From assembly GCA_951406725.2 (NCBI GenBank), contig OX597815.1, forward strand, positions 116,498,001 through 116,562,000: 64,000 bases of DNA, given 5' to 3'. The DNA is from Octopus vulgaris. Taxonomy: Eukaryota. This document shows positions 13,360 through 26,140 of the stretch, piece by piece (the stretch's first letter is position 1; each line of letters starts with the position of its first letter). Under the pieces are notes generated by a model that was given only the letters and a program-made list of their open reading frames with translations, ran no database searches and had not been told where the DNA came from. A program made the translations under genes and the position numbers.

Positions 13360-14218
13360 CAGTGTGCAGTGGCTAAATTGTCGCCATTTCATCTTTTTAA
13401 TTTCATGCATATTGTTTGTTTTTGATTTTGTCGACTACACAGTATAGTAGGGTCAGTTGGCACCATCTGCAAGAAAAACAGCACCATGATGCAATTCACT
13501 CTACCAGAAATTGGGAAACAACATGCTGTACTGCTTGGCATTCATGCCAGAAGCTCTGATACAAACATTTCAGAGTTTTGGGGTGTCAATTTGGTTGTCA
13601 ATCTGATAAAAATCAAACATCCAGTCAACACCATGATGTTTGGAGTGATCACTAGTGATGGCACTGTTATGCCTCCATTCATCTTCCCACGTGACCTCAG
13701 AATCAATATGGAGGCCTAGATCAAGTGCCTGGAGGAGGTAGTGTTGCCCTGGGTCAAGAGGGTGGCTGCTGGAAGACCCTGTGTTTGGCAACATAACTCT
13801 GCACCTTGCCACACAAGCGGGAGAACCCAGTCATGGCTGTCAGACAATTTCTGTGACCACAGCACCCCTAACATCTGGCCACCTAACACCCCAGACTGCA
13901 ACCCCCTGATTATTATGTGTGGGGTGCAGCTGAGTGAGAGACCAACGAAACTTTTGTAACACTAAAGATGAACTGAAGGCAAGGTCTGTGGCAGCATTGA
14001 CCAACTTAAACAAAGTGACCATCCAGAAGAGTTGCTGGAGATTTTGAAGTCATCTGGAAGTTGTGGTTGAAGCCAATGGCGATTTTATTAAATAAATTTA
14101 CTCTTTAGTATTTCAAGATATTTTTATGTAATTTGGCAAATACATCTGTTAAAATGAGATGTCAGTGTTATTTTCATTTTGCGTAATTTAAATGACAATT
14201 TATTCTCACTGCACTCCA
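13360..14218 (+). mobile_element. Tc1/mariner DD37D (maT-type) deletion derivative
   Basis: Imperfect TIRs (cagtgtgcagtggctaaattgtc / gacaatttattctcactgcactcca) with TA flanks. Transposase remnant KHPVNTMMFGVITSDG..WQHNSAPCH..WPPNTPDCNPL(D), with 37 residues between the second and third catalytic positions. Confidence 0.85.
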
Positions 14219-14228
14219 TATATGTATG

Positions 14229-14295
<67 letters not shown>

Positions 14296-14963
14296 TTGTG
14301 TGCGTGTGTGTGTGTGTGTGTGTATGTGTGTATAATTGCATAGCTTTTAAAATATAATACATGTATATTAGATTCTACAAATTCTTACACACTTTAAAGT
14401 TTTCACTCATGAAACCATAAAATCACACATTCTCTTTGTGTGTGTGTGTGTGTGTGTGTGTGCATGATTGATTTGAGAAGAGGTATCTGTTCAAGGTTTA
14501 AGTGAGGGACAGTTATGGTGTGTATCCTGTCAGGGGCACATTTGTGTAACCACATCCGAGATATTTAATTCTCAGTGTATCCTTTTCCAGAACTGAAAGA
14601 TCATGCAGTTGTTGAGACAATCCTCTGGTGAACTTTCCTGCTACCTCCTCTTCAAGCTGTGGTAGCTGCAAAAATGATTTGTATCTGATTAGATTATATG
14701 GTATTTAGGGCCAATGCCATTATTTTATGGCCTTGGGTTGACCCATACCTTGTGAGTAGATTGGTGTGGAGGTAAAAACTGTAGAAGCCCATAGGATGTA
14801 CAGGCTCTGTAAATCAAAGAATCAGCCTTGCTGCTTACCAAATCACACTGATACTGTACAAGAACTAAAAATACATTAAGGTAGGGGAGGGGAAGGGCAC
14901 ACAAGCTTATGGAATACTCAGCCACTTGCACATTAATTCGTTTATTAACCAATTGTTATCAAA

Positions 14964-15006
<43 letters not shown>

Positions 15007-15082
15007 GATTTTAATATTTCACTTAAGCACAGCAATACTAACAACTTAGTGTTGTTACAACTCAATGTACATATGCTTCAAA

Positions 15083-15163
15083 AGCTCTGAAGAAGCTATA
15101 AGGTGATCCACAAGTACTAAGCTCTAACTGCACTGCGTCCTACAGCAGAAACAACTGTAAGTT
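15083..15163 (+). ncRNA. Type-I hammerhead ribozyme motif with long stem II (Penelope-type repeat)
   Basis: AGCT-CTGAAGA-A-GCTATAAGG..CCTACAGC-A-GAAA-CAACTGTA-AGTT. An inverted partial copy at 15902-15943 retains the palindromic stem III ACAGCTGT and the GUA site. Confidence 0.65.
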
Positions 15164-15227
15164 AATGATGTTCATTAACCATTATCCTAATCTCTTGTAC
15201 TTTTGTTAATTATATATATATATATAC

Positions 15228-15284
<57 letters not shown>

Positions 15285-15285
15285 C

Positions 15286-15362
<77 letters not shown>

Positions 15363-15363
<1 letters not shown>

Positions 15364-15690
15364 CAGCATTTATCATCTACTTTTCCAAGCTTGCAAGAGT
15401 CAGATGTAATTTGCTGAGGCAGATTTTCTTTATGGAGATGCCCTTCTTTTCACCTCAGATGTTTCCAAGAAAAGTAAGGTAATATTTTCCTATCCCCAGA
15501 CATGTTTTCATGGAAAACTGGAAGCAAGTGTCACTGTATTATGGTGACAGTGGTTTACAGCTATTGCATGATGTCAAGACAGGGCGTCACAAACACACAC
15601 TTGCTCATACACATATACATATATACATAATAGATATATGCATGTGCAGCTGTGTGGTAAGAAGCTTGCTTCCCAACCACATGCTTCCAA
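15363..15690 (-). mobile_element. CORE-SINE type B, degenerate
   Basis: Reverse of the RTE-like tail (acttttccaagcttgc..gaggcagatttt..aatattttcc..catgttttcatggaaaactgg). Confidence 0.6.
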
Positions 15691-16174
15691 TATGTACAAT
15701 ATATATATGTGTGTATGTATATATATATATATGCATACACACACATATATGTATTACACATATTTTAATATTTCTCTCAGGCATAGTGAAACTAATAACC
15801 TGGTGTAGAACTCAATATATGTATGGTCCAGAAGATGATGTTAGATGAGTATAGAGTGGTAACAGAAACAAGGAGATGATACTGGCAAAAACAAATGTCA
15901 TGTAATGAACTTCATTAGGTTACAGCTGTTTCTGCTATAGGACATGGTGGGGACACACACATATATTTTATATATACACACACACTATATATTTTATTAA
16001 TAATCAGCAGAAGTCACAGTGTAATCAAAAAACTTTGTGCACTGTATATGCACACACACACACAAGCACACATAAGCATGCCTCAACTTACATTATTTCA
16101 AGTTACATCTTTTTTTACTTTATGTCATTTTAATAGATTATTAGAGAAAATAAACCTTGAATTCAGTCGATTTG

Positions 16175-17062
16175 CAAGGTGATATCAAAAAGTTTCCAGA
16201 CTAGTTCTGCAGTGCACCAATAGATGGCAACACACAGTTGTGTGCACAATAAGAGCTAGCAGTGACCTATATGAGGCAGTGTGCTGAGTGACATTGCACG
16301 TTGTGAAATTTGTGTCTTTGGGATCAGATGTATGCAGTAGTCTGTGATTTTGTCATGGGCAGGAACAAAGAGCCAACACAAAATTTTGTGTTAAACTTGG
16401 GAATTCTGCTACAGAGACATTGTCCATGCTTTGACAAGTTTACAACGATGAGGCAATGGGTTGTGTGCAATGTGTTGAGTGGCACAAGCACTTCAAAAGC
16501 AAAAGAACACTCCAGGAAGACAATTAGCTCTCTGGAAGACCTACCATGTGCGTCATCCTTGGAAATGTGGTATTGCTCATCAAGAGTTCATCCCCCAGGG
16601 CCAGATCTTCAATCAAGCATTTTACTGCAACGTTTTGAAGTGTCTGAGAGAGGACATTCAGCAAAAGTGTATGGATCTGTGGAGCACAAACAATTGGATT
16701 CTTCACGACAACAATGCACTGTCACTGAGCTCTCCTCTCTTGTGAGTTTCTCACCAAAAACAACTGAGTATCTCTTCTGCATCTGTCCTATCCACCAGAT
16801 TTAGCACCTGCAGACATTCATTTCTTCCCCAAAATGAAAATGCAGCTGAAAGGTCACAAGTTTACAATGACGAGGCAATGGGTTGTGTGCAGTGTGTCGA
16901 GTGGCACAGGCACTTCAAAAGCAAAAGAACACTCCAGGAAGACAATTAGCTCCCTGGAAGACCTACCATGAACATCACCCCCGGAAATGTGGTATTGTTC
17001 ATTGAGAGTTCATCCCCCAGGGCCAGGCCTTCAATCAATAGATGGCAGCACACGAGTTGTTT
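16175..17062 (+). pseudogene. mariner (DD34D) transposase remnant with internal duplication
   Basis: GIAHQEFIPQGQIFNQAFYCNVLKCLRE..WILHDNNA.. and YPPDLAPAD..FFPKMKMQLKG. About 16436-16615 is repeated at about 16856-17036. Confidence 0.8.
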
Positions 17063-19685
17063 TCTGCTAGCCACTTCATAATATTTACCAATTTGATTCT
17101 CAATTCTAATAATTTTATGATATTGTCTGCCATCGTGCCTTTGCTGCTAAATGTTCTTTTTCAAGAGCATATTTTAACATTCTTTCGTTTGAACCTGCAG
17201 AAATGCCAAAATGAACAGCTGGTTTTGTTCATTAATTTCCATAAAATATCTTTATTCATTTCCTTTTGTTTTAAAGTGAAAGGGAGAAGAAAGTGAAAGA
17301 TGCATGTACATGTATATGAAATGGATGTGTGTGTATGTGTGTGTGTGTGAGAGAGAGGGAGAGAGAGTGAAGGAGTGTGTTGTCATGTATACATACATAA
17401 ATAAATATGCATACATCTTTTTTTATGTATGTGTGCATGTGTGTGTGAGAAAGAGAGAGAGAAAGAGAGAGAGAGAATGAGTGCCACTTAGACATAACAG
17501 ACATGACACACACACATACATCCAAAAAAGATGTATGCATATGTATTGATGTATGTACGTATACATGACAACACACCCCTTCACTCACTCTCTCCCTCTC
17601 TCACACACACTCACACATTCACACAAACACACATGCATAAATAAATGTATACAAATATATGTACAAAAACATGTGTGTGTGTGTGATTGACTACAAATAC
17701 ATAGAGCTGAACACAGTGCACAAAAAATAAATAAGTAAAAATTTGTTATGGAAATTAACGAAGTGTGCAGGTTCAAAGAATGTCCGTATTTTTTTGGATG
17801 CCCCATGTTGAATCGCAAAATCCTAATGTGATATTTGTGTAATAACAAAATCAAACTTGGAGTGTGGTGTGTGTGTGTTTATATTAGAGAGATAAGGTGT
17901 ATGCATGTGTGTGGGAGAGGGAACATTGCAAACAATGAATTAAATGAACATGAAATGAAAAATTGTATAAATAAAAGCTCATTAAAAATTATCTTGTACC
18001 GAATATTTAAATTTGTGAACTTGAAATATTCAATAATAAAAGGAAGTTCAGAAAGTAAATTTTCTTGAAAACTTTAATTTCTAAAAATTCTCACTTGTTT
18101 AGTAAATATTTCTTTCAGTAATTTATCATTGTTGTTTGCAAATAGTGAATGAAAACTTGAAATGAAAACATTAAAATTGAGAGTGAGAGACTTTGCAAAT
18201 GAAAACGGAAAATTTTGCCTGTAATAAATTAATATTGTTTAGGTAGTTGCTACATCAATACTGGAAGTTGACATTGAAAAACCTTTTTAAAGAAGTGAAT
18301 CACATATAAAGCAATCTTATCTATTTTTAATAAAAAGATAAAATGAAGACCCTATTATGTACCCGAGGTCAAATTATTCATGCATCCCAAGCATGGAACC
18401 AATTTGTGTGAAAAACGAACACACACACAGGTCTATTTTATTTGATAGATAACTTGTACTGTATCAGACTTACATTGTTGTTAGTGAAAATAATTAAAAG
18501 CATAAAACTGGAATGGGAAATCAAATAAAATACAAGTCAAATATCTACAAATCATTTAATACAACAGATAAAAGCTAATAAATTTTATAAAATGTTTAAA
18601 ACAAATCTTTGATACACACCTGGAGCCCTCTGGATGGCCATCGCTACAAAGAGAGGTAACTTTCTTCTCACAGTATGAGGCAAGATTAGAAATTTGAATT
18701 TGGTATCAAGGAATATGTAAAGGATACAAAGAGTTCATATAAATACATAAGTATATATAATCTAATTATTTATTCAAGAAAAATTTCTTATAATTTCTAG
18801 TTCATGGCAATCATGTATAGTACTATTTCATCCTTTTTAGGAATCTTTGATATGATGCTCATAAATCATCCAAATATATATTTTCTCCCCCAAATATACC
18901 TAGTTAATTACAGGGTGCATCTTACTACTTGTAGTATAATATGAGTGAAGTCATGTGGTAATCAAAATTATTTACTTTAAATATCATGATGCTAGAAATA
19001 TATTTCTGTCTTATTTTGCTTTTATTAATGTTTTCCTATGATGGTAAATGAATGAGACTTCTCATTATAAGCAGTGAGGTACTTTTGTTTCTTTTTTATA
19101 TTTTTAGTAATTTGTGCAGATTAATTCTTTAATTCATATCCTTGCAGCAAGTCATAACTTGTTCCTATGACTTCCTTAACATAATATAAGACCACTCATT
19201 ACACCTCCTCAGCTTCAGAAATTAGGTTAAATAATTTGAGATATGTCCCGGTTAAAATGTTCCAATGATGTAAAACTCACATCTACTTTCTGTATTCTAG
19301 ATAGCATGGCAAATGACATAATTTTCCTCCTGCTTGTAAAGAGATACCATCATAATTAAAAATGTCAGTATAACCCTCATTATAAAAGCATTTTACAGCC
19401 AAAATATTGTAGGTTCAAGGCTATTTATTAGCTGGTTTTTCTTCCCTTTCAACTATTAGGCTTGGCTGTCTGGTAAAGAAGATTGCTTTGCAGGCACATG
19501 TTTTTGGTCCAGTTCCACAGCACAGCACACCTCAAGCAAGTGTTTTACTATAGCCCCAGGCCAGGAACCTTCACACACATATATATGTGTACATATATAT
19601 ATATATATTACAGTTCTATATTTAAGAGATGAAGAATTATGTATATTTGTTCTCATATGATATTTGTTCTCATCTTTTTTTTGTT

Positions 19686-19731
19686 AACACAACATTTCGG
19701 CTGATATACCCTCCAGCCTTTATCAGGTGTC
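19686..19731 (-). ncRNA. Minimal type-I hammerhead motif in the Penelope repeat (decayed)
   Basis: GACAC-CTGATAA-A-GGCTG-GAGGGTATAT-CAGCC-GAAAT-GTT-GTGTT. Stems I and II are perfect, with G8>A and a CpG-type C>T in stem III. Together with the 1.3 kb copies the consensus is CUGAUGA..GAAACGUU. Confidence 0.7.
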
Positions 19732-19839
19732 TCGGGGAAATTTTGAACCTGGGTTCTCACTCCTAAGGTATATTTCGATGTGATTATTATCATTATTATT
19801 ATTATTATTATAATTATTATTATTATTATTATTATTATT

Positions 19840-19904
19840 CAAGTCACTGCCTGGAATTGAACTTGGAATAGTAGCTCGTGCTCTTAACCACTATGCTATA
19901 TGCC
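19840..19904 (-). other. tRNA-like Pol III head (A and B boxes) within the Penelope 3' region
   Basis: GGCATATAGCATAGTGGTTAAGAGC (A box) and GTTCAATTCC (B box), followed by (AAT)n. The spacing is short and it is not a functional tRNA. Confidence 0.6.
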
Positions 19905-19934
19905 TGTGGGTAATTATGGGGTGAATTTTAGGAC

Positions 19935-20458
19935 TTATAAATCTAATATTTTCCTATCCTTACTTAATACTGGTTCCCATATGCTACTCATATCTGCACT
20001 CGGTCTGCTTAGGAGGTTGTTGTGTCCTAGCATATGTGCTGTTTCTTTTAGTTTTCATATTTTCCAGTGGTGTTCTCTGTCTATTATTTTGACTTCATCC
20101 CACAGGGGAGGTGGTCTCCATTTTACCATACATGATCAGCTTATCAATATCTCCTCGTGTCACAGCTTTGCGATGTTTGTCTACCCTTAATTTGAGGGGG
20201 CGGTATGTTTCACCTTTGTATAACCTACCACAGCTGCATGGGATGGAATATGCACAGTTTTTGGTCATATTCTCTTCCATTGGTGGTTTTACTCAAAGGA
20301 GATATTTGCGAAGTGTTGTATTACTCTTGAATACTGTCCTGATGTCATATGGGCCGCATATCTTTTGTATCTTTTCAGAGAGGCCTTTCACATAGGGTAG
20401 ACAGTTTATTGGCTTCATCCTCTCTTTTCTTCATAATTGGAGTGAATAGTATGTTCTT
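19935..20458 (-). pseudogene. Penelope-like linker plus GIY-YIG endonuclease remnant
   Basis: CLPYVKGLSEKIQKICGPYDIRTVFKSNTTLRKYLL*VKPP..KNCAYSIPCSCGRLYKGETYRPLKLRVDKHRK..ADHVW..WDEVKIIDRE..KLKETAHM, with stops and frameshifts. Confidence 0.9.
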
Positions 20459-20536
20459 GTTTTTGGAGCATATATCAGCCAAAACATTGTGTTAACAATA
20501 AACAAGATGAGGACAAATATCCAGCAAATGTAAATA

Positions 20537-20588
<52 letters not shown>

Positions 20589-20621
20589 GTATATATATGT
20601 ATATATATATATATATTTATG

Positions 20622-20654
<33 letters not shown>

Positions 20655-20741
20655 TTAGAGACAAAACCACTATTTTGTAAATCAAACAAGGAAAGACTTA
20701 ATCAATACATAAAAAAATTTTAATATAAGGTAAATAAATCG

Positions 20742-20785
20742 CCACTACAATTGTTTCCTGTCTTCAAATCACATTCATCAGGTGG
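20742..20785 (-). ncRNA. Minimal type-I hammerhead motif, core intact
   Basis: CCAC-CTGATGA-ATGT..ACAG-GAAA-CAATTGTA-GTGG. Stem I is CCAC/GTGG, stem III is the palindrome ACAATTGT, the site is GUA, and stem II is weak. Confidence 0.65.
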
Positions 20786-20896
20786 ATTTCATATCTTCCA
20801 TTCAATTTTAAAGTTAAGGTTGCTCAATAAAGAAAATGAATGGGAGAAAGAGAGTCTGCCGAATGTTGACCCAACAGAGAGACCAGCTATCCAAAT

Positions 20897-21179
<283 letters not shown>

Positions 21180-21183
<4 letters not shown>

Positions 21184-22478
21184 ACAATCTGCTGAGAGCC
21201 ACTGACCAGATCTGTGGATGGCACAAAGTCCCCTCTTGACCCAAGGTAGCATGGTGGTGGAGCAGTGTGGTTGACAGGGCTATTAGAGTAAAGAAACAGG
21301 CTTGGAAGGACTGGAAGAACGGTGGTAGCAGGGAATTGTATCAGACTGCCAAAAGGGAAGCTAGGAGACAGGTTTATTTAGCCAGAGGGGAAACAGATAA
21401 GAAAAAATTTGCCAATGTTCTGTGCCATGAGGACCAAAGACTTGAAGTATTTCGTGTTGCAAGACAGTGTATGAGAGAGAATCATGATGTAGGAGAGAAA
21501 TGTGTTTGCGTGGATGATGGTTCACTTGCACTAAATGAGGATGCAAAGAGAGAGGTTTGGAGATGCCAGTATGAAAGGTTACTCAATAAAGAGAATGAAT
21601 GGGAGAAAGAGAGTCTGCCGAATGTTGACCCAACAGAGAGACCAGCTATCCAAATTGACAGTACCTTGGTAGATAAAGCAATTATAAGTATGAAGACAGG
21701 GAAAGCCCCTGGCCTATCAGGAATTACTGCAGAGATGCTCAAAATATCTGGTAGTGTCAGCTATAGCCTAGTCACCCGTATAATTAACCAGGTGATAAAT
21801 GAAGGAGTCATACCCAATTACTGGTGTAACAGCACCATAGTCAACTGCTACAAAGGTAAAGGTGACGCTTTAGATACAAATAATTACAGAGGTATCAAGT
21901 TGTTGGAACAGGTAATGAAGGTCACGGAGAGGATCATAGCCCAACTAATTAGGGAGAGAGTCAGTTTAGATGAGATGCAGTTTGGGCTCATGCAAGGAAA
22001 AAGCACCACTGATTCTATATTTCTGGTAAGACAGCTGCAGGAGAAATACCTAACCAAAGATAAACCCCTGTACCTGGCTTTCTTTGACATGGAGAAAGCC
22101 TTTGACAGGGTCTCCCGATCCCTTATCTGGTGGTTAATGAGGAAACTAGGAATAGAAGAATGTTTAGTGAGAGCTGTGCGAGCCATGTACAGGAACGCTG
22201 TCAGTAAGGTGAGGGTTGGCAACAAGTACAGTGAAGAATTCCGGGTAGAGGTTGGGTCCATCACGGTTCAGTCCTCAGCCCCCTCCTATTTATCATAGTC
22301 CTCCAAGCAATAACAGAGGAATTCAAGACAGGATGCCCCTGGTAGCTCCTCTATGCTGACGACCTTGCTCTAATTGCTGAGTCACTATCAGAACTAGAGG
22401 AGAAGTTTCAGGTGTGGAAGCAAATATTAGAATTGAAGGGCCTTAGAGTCAACCTAGCTAAAACCAAAGTCCTAATAA
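21180..22478 (+). pseudogene. RTE LINE reverse transcriptase fragment (family 1)
   Basis: ORF 21267-22298 has GKAPG, KGKGDALDTNNYRGIKLL, QFG..STTDSIF and FFDMEKAFDRV. After a frameshift near 22255 it reads GSVLSPLLF..W*LLYADDL (YADD 22352-22363)..VNLAKTKVL. Confidence 0.95.
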
Positions 22479-25354
22479 TACCATATCTTTCTCATATTCT
22501 TTTCATTGTAGTTCATGGTAAATATCAGATATATATATATATATATATATAGGGTGTCCATAAATTACAAACATCACTGAATATATCCCCAATGGTTGTT
22601 ATATTTTTCTATAACATAATAGGTTAGATAGGATGATGTCTATATTACAATATTAAAATAACCAATAATATGTTGTGCATATATAGTAATATTACGATCA
22701 TAAAATTAATAGTAGCTTATCCCACTCTTTCTTATGGAAGCCCTAGGAACCTTTTGCAGAAACCTAGGCTTCTAGGGAACCCCGGTTGAGAAACGCTATT
22801 ATAGATGGTTGCCCTTCCTATCATCAAATGCTGTATATCACTCTTATTCAGAGTTACTGTCTTCCTAAATGATTCTGAGAACCATGTCTCATTCATATAT
22901 CTTAGACATTGGCATAGTTCCTATGATGGTTGCCCTTCCTAACACCAAGCACTTTACAGAGTATACTGGGTGTATTTTGTTGTGGTATCAACACCAGAGA
23001 GGCTGCCATACCCTTGGCATGGCTAAAAGAAAGAATCCTGTTGATCTTGTGTTGCCTCTGCTCAGTTTGTTAACCCTTGAAACATTGTCATTTTCTTGAC
23101 AAGACAAAAATCTCTATTTGACCTACCACAACAGTATCTAATAATATTTATAATTGTAAGCAAGTGTTTCTTATTTTCCCATTGGAAGCCATGAAGTGTA
23201 AAACAAGATTAAAATTCACATACAACCATCTTGAAGATAATTTCCAAGCTGCAGCATTTCAGATACTTCCAACAGTTGAAACACTCATAAAAAATTTTTC
23301 TCACCAAGTTTTATGCTAAAATTCACAAGTAATTCCCTTTTTTCAGTTTTATTGTTATATAAAAACAGTAAATTTTCTTTACAAATATTTTTATTTGTTT
23401 AGTGTCAATATATGGTATACATTGTTCTACAAAACTACATGTGATGTTAGTTAAATTATTGTTTTAGTGGTGTGGATAGATTTATGATGAGCAATGTCTC
23501 ATAAAATCTGCTGCTAGAAAAGAAGAGATTGCCCATATCTGCTCTTTTATTGTCTCTTTTCCTTATTCTTTTCTGAGAGTCTGATCTTGTATTTCATCAT
23601 TGCTTTCATTATCATCATCAACATGATTGTCACCATCATCATCATCATTGTCATCATCATCATCATCATTGTCATTGTCATTGTTTTCTTCTTCTTCCTC
23701 TTCCCTTCTCCCTCATCATCATCATTATTGTCATTATCATCGTTATCCTCCTCATCCTCATCATCTTCCTCATCATCTTTGTCATCATAACCTCCACCAC
23801 TACAGTAAAGGAAATGAATAAATGGAAGAAATGTGGACTCCACTAGCCTGTTTTGTAAAACAGTTACTCTGAAAATCAACATATAATAGGGCAGAGAGAT
23901 ACTATCTAACCCTGCTGTATACAAATTCTCTAGTGCCAGTGGTTACAAACAATGAAATACACCCAGTCCATGTTCTTAAATTGTTGGTGATAGGAAGAAT
24001 ATCCAACAATAAGAATCATGTCTTAAGTATGGCGAAGCAAATAAAAATGACTTGGGTTCTAGATTTAAATTTTAAAGCTAAAGAAGCTGATTTTGACCCT
24101 TCTGCAAATCCATTTAATTTTTGGAAAAAATATATGAAAGAAACAACAATTTCCAAAAGAATTTTTTATGCGTTTTTATGTATCTCTTCTTGAAGACTTT
24201 TTCTTCAAAACACTATACTTCACTAAAATATCATCATCTTTATCATTATCAAAATTGTTATTGTTGTCAATATCATTGATGTGATTGTTGGTGGTAGTGG
24301 TAGCAATGGTATCATGGTTGCTGTTGTTGGAGTTATCAGCATTCATCATTGTTGATGTCGCTGTTGAAGAAAACCAACAAAGATGACTGGTTTTCTTTGT
24401 TTCTGTGTGTGTGTGTTTTTGACCGACATCCTGTTCTGTAGGGAATGTTGTAATTTCAAACACTTATATTCCATGTAAACTGGGTGAAGCTCCTGCCTTA
24501 TCTATCCTAGGGCCCATGAAATTCAAGTTCATAAGTATGTGTGCCAGGTTACAAAGTCTTGTGATGAGGGATGAGACATTGTGGAATTTGTGCAACCCAC
24601 ATCAGCATGGAAAAGAGGCCATAAAATAATGGCAATGAGGATGACGATGATGATGATGACGAGGACGAGGACAATGTGGATGAAGGAGGAATTAAAATGC
24701 TGCTGCATGACTCAGGATTTACTTCACATTTTGTAATTTTCATATTTATCCACAACCAAATATAATTTGAAAGTTATATTGATATAGCTTCTCAGCCAAC
24801 TATTTCCTCAAAGACAAAGTAAGCATGAAATGTAATGGCTAAAAATAATTCAAGCACCTTAAACTGTTTTACATATTTTGTAAAAGAACTTTCAGATTTC
24901 TTTCCCGGAAAGAAAAAAAAATGCTATTATGTTTTAGGGGTTAAGAAAATGAATGCCAACAAAGAAAATAATGTTTAAGTAAAGAATCAGGTGAATCAAA
25001 GAGATTCAACTAAAGATATTATACGTATGGTTTGGAGTCTGCACAGTGGAACTGAACTCAAAAACACACAGTTGCCAAGTGAGCTTTTTAACTAAACAGC
25101 CTTCACAGTTTAGCAAACTTTAAATAAGCTTGCTCCAACCATCTAACTTTCCAAAATTAGTTACTTTTAGCATCTTGTACTTTAAACTTTAGCATTTTTT
25201 CTCCAGTTAGCTTTTGTTGTTGATATACCTCTGACAAAAAAAAAAAGGCTTTCTACAGCTGGCATGATCCATCTTTCTCCAAGATGACGTTGTATTTGAA
25301 ATATGTCTTATATAAAATGCAAAGCATCTAATATATAACCTCACAATTTACTGT

Positions 25355-25510
25355 CATTCATTTGTTATCAACTTCAAACTCATCAGCCTTCAGTTGTTAC
25401 AAACTTCAAATTCATTAGCATTCAGTTATCATTAGCTTTAAATTTATTAGCATTCAGTTATTAGTAGATTCACATTCATTAACATTCAGTTGTTACAAGT
25501 CTCATATTCA
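25355..25510. repeat. Degenerate ~31-bp minisatellite, about 5 units
   Basis: Unit approximately ttcaaattcattagcattcagttgttacaaac. Confidence 0.7.
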
Positions 25511-25801
25511 ATAGGATTTATGTGACTACTAGTAAGCTTAGCTTCCAACTGAACAATCTACCTTCCCTCCTCCTATTTTCTGCGTGTTGTGTTTACTGAA
25601 CATTGTGGTACAAAACTTAGTTGTGCAAAAGGTTGGTCAGAATTTAATTTTAGTTCCCTTCTTTATCAATTCCACCTATGAAATAATGATATAATAATAC
25701 TTCATTTCCTCCCCACTGAAATAAAAATCCTTACATCCATATAATAAATCATTGCTATTTATTTTTCATACAATAAATATTCTTAAGTCTCTTCTCATGA
25801 A

Positions 25802-26000
25802 GGTGGTGAGCTGACAGAATCATTAGCACACCAGCCAAAATGCTGAGTGGAATTTTGTTCATCTTTATGCTTTGAGTTAAAATTCCATCAAGGAACCTTT
25901 TGAGATCGATAAAATAAGTTTCAGTTGAGTACTGGGGTTGATATAATTGATTTAACTCATCCCCCAAAATTAATGACATCGTGCCATAATTTGAAACCAT
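25802..26000 (+). mobile_element. Nin/Deu-domain SINE, degenerate
   Basis: ggtggtgagctgacagaatcattagcac head, gatcgataaaataagt, ggggttgat, gtgccataatttgaaacc tail. Confidence 0.7.
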
Positions 26001-26140
26001 TATTTAGTCCCCAGCCAGATCAAATCTGACAAGACAGACCTATGACTAAAAGATTCCAGTTATGACCATCTCAGACTTCTCTTCAGCATTGTGCAACTAA
26101 AATACCATTTGATTAATATCCTGCAAACTGAATATGTAAG

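Larger units (their letters stand above)
19611..20541 (-). mobile_element. 5'-truncated Penelope-like element with terminal repeat and inverted partial repeat
   Basis: GIY-YIG ORF remnant, then a tRNA-like head, (AAT)n and a hammerhead-bearing repeat (19611-19760). An inverted partial copy of that repeat at 20464-20541 gives the classic Penelope architecture. Confidence 0.9.

Noticed and set aside
19840-19904. Functional tRNA gene (also heads at 27715, 37705, 59848, 61810)
   Set aside because: Only A/B boxes are retained; there is no complete cloverleaf, and each runs into a repeat body or simple tail.
21267-22298. Intact or domesticated reverse transcriptase gene
   Set aside because: Frameshift before the catalytic YADD, in-frame stops, and truncation at both ends.
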